Source: Saccostrea echinata (taxonomy: Eukaryota). From it: 64,000 nucleotides of DNA. Location: NCBI RefSeq assembly GCF_033153115.1, contig NW_026889753.1:1860001-1924000 (forward strand). The letters run 5' to 3'. The number at the start of each line of letters is the position of its first letter. Position 1 is the stretch's first letter. The position numbers and the translations under genes were made by a program. This document shows positions 27,409 through 38,675 of this stretch, one piece after another. Below the pieces are notes generated by a model. That model had not been told where the DNA came from and searched no databases. It saw only the letters and a list, made by a program, of their open reading frames with translations.

Positions 27409-28722
27409 CAGCATGGGATTCAGAAGTAAAAGATCATGCGAAACACAGTTGCTAGAATGTGTGGATGACTTAACTAGAAATCTGGAAAATGGAAAGCAAA
27501 CTGATTTGCTCATTTTAGACTTTTCTAAAGCTTTTGATAAAGTGTCCCATAGCCTACTTCTTCATAAGTTACATCACTATGGAATCAGAGGAAACACACA
27601 TCGTTGGATAGAAGCTTTCCTTTTAAACAGGAGCCAGGTAGCGGTGGTTGAAGGGGAAGAGTCTGATGTTGGTAAGGTTGAGTCTGGAGTACCCCAGGGA
27701 TCAGTCCTAGGCCCGAGTCTATTCCTCTTCTACATAAATGATCTACCAAACCACCTAACCTCTACAGTTCGGCTCTTTGCAGATGATACCATAGTATATT
27801 TAACTATATCATCGAATTTAGATTGTCACACCCTTCAAGAAGACCTTGATAAACTCTCTCTTTGGGAAACAAAATGGAAAATGGAATTTCATCCAGATAA
27901 ATGTACAGTACTTACAGTTTCAAAAAAGAAAAACCCTATTATTTACAACTATACCCTTCACAATCATATACTTGCCCATGAAGAATCTACAAAATATCTA
28001 GGCTGTACTATAACATCCGATCTAAATTGGGGACTACATATTTCAAATATCTGTAAGAAGGCAAATAAAACTTTAGGATTCCTACAACGCAATCTCCATA
28101 TATCATCCAGATCAATAAAGGCGAGAGCATACATATCTCTGGGAAGACCGCAGCTGGAATATGCTTCGACAGTTTGGAACAAGGTCACATAGATATGTTG
28201 GAAAAGGTGCAAAGAAGAGCGGCACGATACGTCATGGGAAATTATAGAAATAGATCTAGCGTATGAGAAATGATTAAACATCTGGAATGGAAAAATTTAA
28301 AAAGTAGAAGGAAAGATGCAAACTTGATTATGATGTATAAGATAATAAACAACAAAGTAGCCATCAGACCAGAGGACCACTTCACTAAGCCTGTAAGAAG
28401 ATCGCGGCACACAAAACAACACTCTCTTGCAATACCATCTGCAACCAAGGACTGTAGAAAATGGTCTTTCTTCTGTAAAACCGTCAAAGAATGGAATAAC
28501 CTGCCAGAGGACATCGCGGCAGCAGAATCACTCGAGATCTTCAAATCTCGAGTGACTAAAAAGTACTAACTTGTAAAATCCTTTTTTTATCCAGTTTAAA
28601 AAAAAAAACAAACAAACAAACAACAACAAAAAGTTTCTTTTAATCATGCAAACATGCGCACACCCAACTGGCAAAATCTTCAACTTGATGAAGGCGGCCA
28701 GATAGAGGAAGAAGAAGAAGAG
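27409..28722 (+). mobile_element. 5'-truncated, inactivated CR1-like non-LTR retrotransposon (RT fragment)
   Basis: RT motifs DFSKAFDKV, SGVPQGSVLGP, LFADD, KYLG, RPQLEYASTVW, LEKVQRRAAR, KEWNNLP. Frameshift near 28180, in-frame TGA at ~28264, (GAA)n tail near 28707-28722. Confidence 0.92.
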
Positions 28723-29004
28723 CAGTGTTAAAATAACTATATTAATTTCTACATTTCCTGCAAATTTCTTCCCATTACAACTCAAGGGGGTTCAAGACTT
28801 TTTGGAATTCGGACATTTTAGTAACTTATCAGCATTGTGAATGCATGTATCAGTTTATGTATATTCATTTATGTCTCTGCATTAATCTATACAAAATTTA
28901 AAAAAAATCATTAGTGATAACACTAATCCGGTAAACAGAACATACAATGTCGCAGCGGGATCGGTATACAGGATGGCACTAATTGAATAAACTAACAATA
29001 GGGA

Positions 29005-29089
29005 CATCCTCGCAAGCCAGGGATCCTGAGTCAACACGTTGCCGTCCAACGGCAACATGTTGACTCAGGACCCCTGGCTTGCGAGGATG
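29005..29089. mobile_element. 85-bp hairpin mini-element with 9-bp TSD
   Basis: CAATAGGGA|CATCCTCGCAAGCCAGGG...CCCTGGCTTGCGAGGATG|CAATAGGGA. Confidence 0.8.
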
Positions 29090-29142
29090 CAATAGGGAAT
29101 AAGGGAGTATTAATTAATGTAAGTTCTATTTATTTCACTCAT

Positions 29143-29185
29143 ATTTTCTGATATCAGAAAATCGATTTTTTGATATCGGAAATTC

Positions 29186-29255
<70 letters not shown>

Positions 29256-29495
29256 CGATTTTCTGATATCAGAAAATAACTTTTTGATATCAAGAATTCG
29301 ATTTTTTGATATCACAAAATCTATATTATTTTTCTGATATCAAACCCAAATTTGATTTCCTGATATCAAAAAATTTGATTTCCTAGTATCAAAAATCAAA
29401 AAAATAATTTTCTGATATCAAAAATTCAAATTCTTGATATCAAGAATTATTTTTTGATATCAAGAATTCGAATTATTGATATCAAGAATTTGTTT
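29143..29495. repeat. GATATC-palindrome minisatellite with embedded (TA)n
   Basis: Same unit family as 18308-18486; TA run ~29189-29252. Confidence 0.85.
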
Positions 29496-29774
29496 TTGAC
29501 TGTTGCATCTACATGTAGTTGGTAGTTATCTCAATTTGCTTCAATTCATGTTCTTTATCTGTTCAAGTTGCACAAGTGTACTGTATTCCTTTTGAACTTT
29601 TTACAAGGGATGAGAAGGGAAAACAACTGATTTTGAAAGGGGGTGGCATTTTTTTCTTGCCAGTGAAGGACAGATTACTTAAGTAATTATTTTCAACATA
29701 AAAAAGGAAAATGTCAAACTCCAAAACTATAATTCGGGGGGGGGGGGGGGAGACTGTGACAAAAAACATTAGTT

Positions 29775-29869
29775 CAATCCAGTTAAAATTAGATGTTCCG
29801 AATCCGCTACCGCTTCTCAAACTTTGAGAAGCGGTAGCGGATTCGGAACATCTAATTTTAATTAGATTG
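29775..29869. mobile_element. 95-bp hairpin mini-element with 9-bp TSD
   Basis: ACATTAGTT|CAATCCAGTTAAAATTAG...CTAATTTTAATTAGATTG|ACATTAGTT; 29783-29861 is a perfect 39-bp stem with a 1-nt loop. Confidence 0.85.
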
Positions 29870-31678
29870 ACATTAGTTATTTTCTTACCGAGAACAGATT
29901 ATTTATTTCCAAAATCTGCCACCCTATCCCAACCCCTCAGTCAGAATCAAATTGTTTGTCTGACTGTTATTTACTCTGGGACCATGACTGGAATAAACGT
30001 ATCTTATTTTAGAACTTTAAAAAACATTGCTAATTTAAATTATAGTTTTCATGTCAAATTAATAATTGATTTAAATTAAGATCAATGTTTTGTACAGTTC
30101 GTAATTTTATGATCACGTTCCATCGGTCTGTCATATCGTACCGCGAATGGTAGTACTGAAATACAAAAAATACAATTTTGTTGTCATATTGTAATTTTTA
30201 GGAGGGGGTTCTTACGGGGGGGGGGGTAGGAAGATTGTTTAACACTAGCTACGAATTTATTTTAATTTTATAGTTCTGAGAAAATCGAAGCGTGAACTTA
30301 TATTTGTACGAAGAAAATTTTCAAATTCTAAAAATAGATGCTGGAAATAAATCTACTGGGTTACGGTGGTACATTATATAGTGTTGGAGCTGACTAATAA
30401 TTTGATTTCATGATTTTGTAACACGAAGCGAAGTTGTCGTCAACAAAATATTATGTAAGAAATACTACAAATGCGATAACCAAAGTTTTTGGAATTTAAG
30501 ATAGCCCATGCACTTTCGTTTTACGAGCTCTAAAATTAGCTCAAATTTTCATGTATATATTTAGATACGAAAATTTTTAGTTGAAAATTTTACAAAATTT
30601 GTTGCCATTTTCCCTTGTTTAAAAACCCAAAAAGGGCCAATACGGTAAGTTCCATATTTTATAAAATACTCGATTTGATACGAATTTAATTTTAGCTCAA
30701 TTACTATACATATAGACTTTGACGTGCACCATAATATTAATGCATGTACATACGCACACAATCACCGCATTTACTATACACATATAGATTTACTTATTCT
30801 AAAAATAATTCGGGGCTATAGACCCTACAGGGGCAAGAACTAGAGCTACAATATATAGTTGGAGGAGGGTGCGACCTAAGAAGAAGAAAAAAAAAATCAC
30901 TTAAAACGAACTCTTCTAAGAGAAATGTGGGGGCGGCTTGGTCAGCCCTATCTAGAATCCACTCATAACAATCTGAACGAAATCCTTAGTCAAGAATGGG
31001 GTGCTTACATATTGATATGAACTGGATGAAAAAAAAAGTTTCAAATAAACTTATTGAATTTTAATATAGAGATAGATATAATTACAGAATGATTTATTTA
31101 CAAAGAATTATACATGAGCATAACCGTTGCTGAAGAAAGACAAATATTTGATACGTATATATAGTTCATAAAAATTGAATAATTCAATTAAGTTTTTCAT
31201 CTAACTTTTTTTTGATTTAGTTTTTTTTAAAGATATATTAAAAATAAAACTCAGTAGCAAAGTGCACAGATACATTAAAACAATTTCCTCATTATCACCT
31301 TTATATAATGATTGAAATGCTGAAATAATATCGCTCTGAATAAATCTTTTTCTATATCATTGTGCTTTAGGGAAAAAAGGGGGAGGGGTTTAGACTCTGA
31401 CACTTTTTGCGTGTTTAACGGCGCCGATAATGATAGTGTCTACGTAAAATAAAGAATTTAAGCGACATGTTTTTATTATTTTAATTAAGAACACTCATTC
31501 GTAAATTGTCTGCAGTATATATAAGATCAATTTTTGGTGATTGCTGACATCATGCGACATACCATATATAAAAGCTTTTAAAATGCACTGTTTTTGCAAA
31601 ATCTTAAATTGATCATTAATGAATTTTTGTATCTACTTTCAGACTGTATAATAAAGATATTAGAAATATATAGGAAGA

Positions 31679-33561
31679 ATGGACAGTCAATCACACGGAG
31701 TATTCAGTAAATTGGTGTTTGTGGTCACTATTGGGACTTTGATTATTTTATCCCTGTGCCTCAAGTCTTATGATCAGACTTTCTGGACATCTACAGCTAT
31801 ACAGCTTAAAATTAATCATTATAAGGAACTAAGTTATGTGTTAATTTTTGTAACTCTTGGATTAATTAATGTACTTGTTGGAGAAATAATTGTGAGATCA
31901 CTCATATTCCTCGAAGAACTCAGATACATCAGACGCCGATATGATGGAAATGTCTGTAGTGTGATTCAACAAGTTTTTCCGCAAAGACTAACGTCCCCTT
32001 GTTTACTTTACCTATTCTTGTAGCTATCATGACTTATTTGAATCTCAAAGGCGATGGCATGTTGGTAGTGTGGCGGATCCTGTTAACTAAATGGAACTGT
32101 ACTTTTATTATTTCTATTTCATTAATACCATATCTTCTTAAACTACATGTAAGTACTTTAGATAAAAGCTTAAGGTGGATAAACCCTCTAACAAGGGAGA
32201 TAACTCTGAAACTATTAAGTCACAACCTTTCTTAATTTTATTAAAAAAAAATATCATAACTACTGTACATGGAATTTTCCTTTTAAAGTGATTAGAAAGT
32301 CATTTTCCCTAAATTGCAGAAATCTGATACTAGATAATTTGAATATGTTATATAGTTATTAAAATAAATTATATTTGTATAATATAACAAAATGAAGGTA
32401 CCCACTGAAAATGTACAAGTTTGATATAAAAAGCTGTTTATTTATTAATTATCTATTTTTTTTTCTTTGCAGACCCCAACAGTATCACAATTAAACAGAA
32501 TTTTAGAAGAACAGAAAATGAATGTTGGTCATGGTTTTGCATGGTCTTTCTATTTTGGATATTTAAGGCTTATTATTCCAGGTCAGTTTTAATTATAAAA
32601 TTCTGGTAACACTGAGTACATTTAAACTCATAAAAACTTTAATAAATTCATTTGTATACTCTTGTAAAAACTTGTTATAAATTTAATTTTTTTTTTTTCA
32701 TTTTCTTCCTTTTTAAATGACAGGATTGCATTCACGTATTGATTCCTGGACAAAGACTAATATTACAGATATAAATCAAAAACACAAAGTAATACCAAAG
32801 CTTTACATCTTAATCCCGAAATCTTGTTACTGTCCACCTTCAATAACAGCTGCGGATCCACACCTGAAAGTAGCTGGAGTAACTCCCTCCTTTGTCGCAA
32901 ATAGAGCAGGAACTCAGCGTAGAGAATATAAAAATACTGTATATTGTTTTGAATCAGATGGGATGGTAAGTCAATATTTCAATGTAATTATGTCATAAAT
33001 GCATGAGAATGGAGTCATACATGAGAAATGAAGAAAAGACATTTTCCCATATACATGTAGATGTATTGCAATTTTTTTAAATATTTGACACCCTTTTTGT
33101 GGCCCCAGTAGGCAGTGTCGATTGCAATATGCACTCAATGAGAAAAATTTCAAACAAGTTTGGTGATACTTTTCACAGATATATTACTGTTTGGTGGAAT
33201 ATGCAACACCTATATTGTCTCTGTATGAAATGAGCAACAGCAAGGAAGCTGGTTTATCATCGTATGAACGACTTCAACAGATGAATACATTTGTATCAAC
33301 TCTACAGGAAATAATCAACTCCAACCCTGACACAAAAAATTATTGTAGCCTTGTTGTCTTCGATGGTATGTCATTTATATATATATATAAATTAACATAT
33401 AAAGTGGAACTATTTTGATATCAACTAAATATATCTTATTTAATAAATGTACTTGTGTTGTAGATAAAAAGCCTGATGGAAGTGAACAATCTGTGACAGA
33501 ATTGTTGAAAGAAAGAATAGACATTGATCTGAAGGAACAAGCTCTGACAAAATCTTTCTAA
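31679..33561 (+). CDS. STING1: STING (TMEM173) homolog with a frame disruption in exon 1; no C-terminal tail
   Basis: Exons 31679-32148 (frame change between 31960 and 32023), 32473-32581, 32724-32965, 33179-33365, 33464-33561. N-terminal TM segments with EELRYIRRRY; NVGHGFAWSFYFGYLRLIIP; KLYILIP; NRAGTQRREYKNTVY; VEYATP. Confidence 0.92.
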
Positions 33562-34119
33562 TAAAATGTAGAAAGGAGTTCAAGAATGTAGTTTTGTGAA
33601 AAATAAAATAAATATAAACTTCATGAAAAACAGACATTTCTACCATTATTCAAAACAGATCACCCATAAATAGAATGAGAAGTGTGACCTACTTTACAAA
33701 TACATGCTGTATATGTACATGCATATGCAATGAAGAAATCTAAATCTCTTATGATATTTTTCAAAATTTCTTGATAATATTAAAAAAAAAAAAAAAAAAA
33801 GCATTGTGTTCAACAATTTATTGAAGCCTTTATAACTATAATTACTCAGTCCAGCAAGTGCAGCATTGAACCATTATAACTGATCTGTCAAAGCCTTTCT
33901 TCCACTACTTTAATATCTTACAGTATAAACTTATGTATTTTTTTCTGACATAATAAAACTTGAGTTTTAGTCCATCTGTCTCGATGACTGTGCCAGTTCT
34001 CCATGAACTTGAATAACCTTTGTCCGTATCTAAGTTTTAGTACCAGGTACTCTTGGACCTTTGTCTCGTCCTGACATTCTACCATATTCTGCATTACTGC
34101 TTCATCCACTCTTCAGATT

Positions 34120-37100
34120 TCAGTCATTTTTTATCACTGCTTCATCCCAGGGCCCATGAATATTGCTGGAAGGGGACAAAAAGAACATTTCATCTGTGAA
34201 TCTTATTGAACTTTTACATATACACTATGAGGGAGAAAATCATGTAATTTTTCCAAGAGCTTAAGAAAAGATGAGTTTGATAAAATATTTGCAATCAACT
34301 GAATCATAAGTTCTTAAAAGAATTCCAGCTTACTTCTTCAGAGGTTGTAGACTGATTAACCAGGCAGGACATATAAATGTTATAAACATATGACCTAGAA
34401 TAAACATGACTGCTGTAACCATGGAGATGGTAAACAAAGCTAACAGTGCAACAGTTCCTAATACCACTGTCAGAATTACATTTAGGACAGGAAGGGCTTT
34501 CTGAAACATAAATTCCAAGGACATCCTTATAACAATAATTAAACATAGGTAATCAGAGATTACAGAGCTCACCTCAACGAATGTTGTCTTTAAGTAAGGC
34601 AAAGTCCCACACTAAACTAATAATCTAGGAGTGTGCATCCCTAGATGCAACATTTATGCAATTTTGGTCTGATAGGGCTTGCAGTTACTTGGGAGTGGAC
34701 TTATCTGAAAACCTAAAACTAGTCACTCATCCAGAAAATGTAAGTCAAATCCAGCATCCGAAGTTTTGAGATTGTTCGTCCCTTGATGCATCATCCATGC
34801 AAGTTTGGTTCAGATAGGCCTTATAGTTACTTGGAAATGAGATCTGCTCCAAAAACTTTAATCTGGTCACTCATCCGGAAAATATTGGTCAGATCCAGCA
34901 TCTGAAGCAAGTCCAGTTGTGTGAATCCTAAGATGTATCATCCATGCAAGTTTGGTCAATATAGGGTTTATAGTTACTTGGAAATGACATCTGCTCCAAA
35001 AACTTTAACCTGGTCACTCATCCGGAAAATATAGGTCAGATTCAGCATCTGAAGCAAGTTCAGTAGTGTGCATCCTTAAATGTATCATCCATGCAAGTTT
35101 GGTCAATATAGGGCTTTTAGTTACTTGGAAATGGGATCTGCTCCAAAAACTTTAACCTGGTCACTCATCCGGAAAATATAGGTCAGATCCAGCATCCGAA
35201 GCAAGTCCAGTAGTGTGCATCCTTAAATGTATCATCCATGCAAGTTTGGTCAATATAGGGCTTTTAGTTACTTGGAAATGAGATCTGCTCCAAAAACTTT
35301 AACCTGGTCACTCATCCGGAAGATATAGGTCAGATCCAGCATCCGAAGCAAGTCAAGTAGTGTGCATCCTTAGATGTATCATCCATGCAAGTTTGGTCAA
35401 TATAGGGCTTAATGTTACTTGGAAATGAGATCTACTCCAAAAACCTTAACCTAGTCACTCATCCGGAAAATGTAGGTCAGATCCAGCATCCGAAGCAAGT
35501 TCAGTAGTGTGCATCCTTAGATGTATCATCCATGCAAGTTTGGTCAATTTAGGGCTTATAGTTACTTGGAAATGAGACCTGCTCCAAAAACTTTAACCTG
35601 CTCCAAAAACTTTAACCTGCTCCAAAAACATTAACCTGGTCATTCTTTAGCTGAAATTGCAGCATCTGAAACCTTGACTGGTACAATGAAACACACTAGA
35701 AGCATCCTCCATGCATCTCTGACTAATATAGGCCATAGAAGTACTTGAAAAGAAAACTGCTCCAAAAACCTTAACCTGGGACGCCGACGCCGACGCCGAG
35801 GGTATTACATAAGCTCCCCCAACTTCGTTGAGGTGAGCTAAAAACGTTAGTAGACAAAATGTTTGTGTATATCCTTTAAATGGTGGTAAAATGCAAATGT
35901 GAAGAATAACCTTAATGAAAATATAACAGCATTCAAACTCAAAGAAAGTTTAATAAAAAGTTTACCTTTACTTTATGTCTAAGTCTGGGCCAAAGACCAA
36001 AGATAAGAAGTGAGAATGTGACGGTGGCAAACGCATGCAAGGAACTGTGGAGTCGGGATGCCAGGCACACAGAGGCAAATATTGCAGCATTGAGTGAAAA
36101 TGCTTCTGACACCCTAAAATGAACAATTTTCAATGGAAATACATATTCAGACAACTAAAATTGTTCAACTGTATCAGAAATAATTCTGTAATAAATAAAT
36201 AGATGAAAATCCAGGAAAGTACCTGGTATGACAAATTTTCTTACTATTCATTTAAAAGGTCAGAATTTAATGAAATAATAAAGATATAGGTACTAACAAT
36301 GCTGCCTGTACACCATAATTATGGAATGCCAGATTGGCAAGAAGCATCATAGTGGTCATAGCATAGATTGTGTCTGTTGAAATGGTTTCTGTTAAGGACA
36401 CAAGCACCGGGGACAAACAAAAACTAAAACCCATGAACATCACAAAAGTTTTCAGATCTTCCAAAACTACAAAAAAATATATTAAGTTTCAAAAATTTTA
36501 AATAAATGATATTGGTACACTTTAGCATGGACTTTACTTTCCTGAATTAGGAGAATGCATCCATTTTCAGTTTATCTTAATTGAAGATAAAATGTAAGCT
36601 TGTAACAGAAGTATTGTTAAATTTCACAGTATAAGGCTCACAAAAAATTTAACATTGTATATTGTAAATTAAATGTCCATTGAAGGTTATAAATACATAA
36701 TATCTTTAGCCCTACCAGTTCTCTGAGGCTCATCCTCTGTAGGGTTTGATTTAGTAACCTTGTCCACTAGCTTACTAACTATATAACCAATCACAGAGGC
36801 AGCTATAGTAATGACAACTAGACTGTCTGGTGAAAGTCGTCTATCATCCATGTAGATAAAAGATACAATGAACAAACACATGCTGGAAAAATATGAAATT
36901 ATTTATGTTCATTATCACTTTTTATGAAGCTTATTCTATACTTGCTCAGGGGTAAAGAATTTGTTTTTAAAAAGTGCTGTTCATTATAATCATTCAACCG
37001 TTTTGTCTTCTAGATGTCCAGGAGCAGAGAAGTTTTTTTTAGATTACAAGAACTTTGGTGGATTTGGCAACACACTTCAGGCCCCCTGTTTTGTTTTGTT

Positions 37101-38474
37101 TTTTTTTTTTTTGGGGGGGGGGGGGCTGGAACAATAAATTTCACTGTTTTTCTTTCCCTTCATCCATAAATGGTTGAAATTACTTGTTTTTCTTTCCCTT
37201 CATCCATAAATGGTTGAAATTACTTAAGCCATTTCAGATAAGTTGAAAATGTTTTAAAGTATAAGGATGAAATAGGATTGACAACAGAATCTCCTAGAAA
37301 CAGGTCACCCATATGACTCAGATGACCTAAAACAGGTTTCTGGTTAAATCCTTAATTATTAATCCCCTCCCCTCCCTCCCATTACAAATTATACAGAGTA
37401 ATGTAGTCAAAGAACATTTATATAAGACATTTGTATGCATGACCACATGGAATACCCGGTATGTCAACATTGTATGGAACCCATTAATGATATATCAGAA
37501 TATTGGTCAAATGTGAATTAAATTTTCTAAACCTCTTAACACAAAATTACGATACTGGAAATCAGCTTAGTCATAATTATTGTCTCAGACAGGTAAGGGT
37601 AAGAGTAATCGTTCAGAACTAAGCTTTTAACTAAATAATTGATTGACAGCAATTACAAAAATAATGTTATAATGATTTAATATCTAGATTTATCCATCAT
37701 CATATTAAATTTTACCTTTTATTTGTTTTGGTTGAAAAATCAGTGATGGTTTAGAAATGCAAGAGTTGCTGTTATTTGTTTGTCTGCCCTTGGTTTTGAA
37801 AAATCCTGTAGATTGCAACAACTCTATCCTCTGTTTTTAGAGGATACAATCTATCCTCCAAAATTGGAGGCCGCCTAGACCTGTTTACTGAGCATTGAAC
37901 CATTTTAAGAAAAGTGCATGATTTTTATTGAAAATACTGTACTTTTAACCTATGCCTGAACAGAGGCCTAACATACCTGTATCACAACAGAAATTAACAT
38001 ATATATATCCTGAGAATAATCTTACCTACTAATTTGTTGTGTTATTTCACCAGATGCCCTCACGACAGACCAATATTCATATTTTCTGATGTATACTAAA
38101 ACGACAAAAAGAGAATATATTTATTAGCACGAACTTTTATTTGCAATGGAATTACCAGGGACCTATATATTTATAGTAAGTAGGTCCCTAGGAAATTAGC
38201 TGCAATAAAGTAGCCCTCCCCCTTTTTGGAGAAAATATCACATTAAGAGGGCTACATTATAGTGTACTGCAGCTACTGGGAAATGGGCCTATGAAAACAT
38301 TCATTGAAAAAAAGGACACTTCCTGTCAAAGATCCCATCTCAAACATATGTAGAGAAAAGGTTCATACGATTCTTTCTCATTGCATCCAGAAATGAATCA
38401 TCTGTATAGTTGTCTGGAACATTTTGATGCTCATATAAAATTTTTCGCCACTTTGTTTTCCTGTGCGCTGCCAT
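34120..38474 (-). CDS. PIGC: Phosphatidylinositol N-acetylglucosaminyltransferase subunit C (GPI2)
   Basis: Exons (minus) 38474-38369, 38095-38026, 36882-36716, 36466-36298, 36113-35966, 34500-34334, 34165-34120. Motifs [56 protein letters not shown]. Confidence 0.95.
34560..35844 (+). mobile_element. HINE-like element with homogeneous 147-bp tandem array (~7 copies) in PIGC intron
   Basis: CCATGCAAGTTTGG at 34795, 34942, 35089, 35236, 35383, 35530; subterminal IR AGCTCACCTCAACGAA/TTCGTTGAGGTGAGCT; (GACGCC)n near the 3' end. Confidence 0.8.
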
Positions 38475-38675
38475 TTTCCCTGTCATGTGGAACATGTGGA
38501 ATGTCACGTGATCTCTCCAATAAGCTGTATCGAGGAAATGACATCACAGTCATTGTTGACAACAAGATGGTGTCCTCCATGAAAACAATAGGAATGGGAG
38601 ATTATAGCAAATAATCTGATTATTTCTTTTGACATTGTTTTAATTAATCAATATTATAGTTAAAACGACACCAAA
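38475..38675. promoter_or_regulatory. Bidirectional promoter region PIGC/CFAP157
   Basis: Divergent ATGs are 201 bp apart; contains E-box GTCACGTGAT (~38503). Confidence 0.55.

Noticed and set aside
27964-28544. Antisense ORFs of 105 and 100 aa
   Set aside because: Shadow frames of the LINE reverse transcriptase.
18308-29495. Idea that the two GATATC/(TA)n blocks are halves of one element split by 10.6 kb of insertions
   Set aside because: I could not find a junction or TSD that rejoins them; two independent copies explain the data equally well.
30511-30522. IRF-like motif AAAACGAAAGTG ~1.1 kb upstream of STING
   Set aside because: A single short match in AT-rich, probably repeat-derived DNA is expected by chance.
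33782-33800. A19 tract after STING suggesting a retrocopy
   Set aside because: The STING gene retains four clear introns and no TSD is visible; similar homopolymers occur throughout the window.
33918-34109. ORF starting DEAVMQN that echoes the PIGC ending WDEAVIKND (read-through?)
   Set aside because: Only a ~12-bp local duplication (GGATGAAGCAGT), out of frame with PIGC, with no recognisable protein.
37145-37224. Perfect 40-bp tandem duplication (also 26-bp at ~50640 and 25-bp at ~46989)
   Set aside because: Located in intron or intergenic DNA away from splice sites; ordinary slippage. Useful only as background for the splice-site enrichment test.
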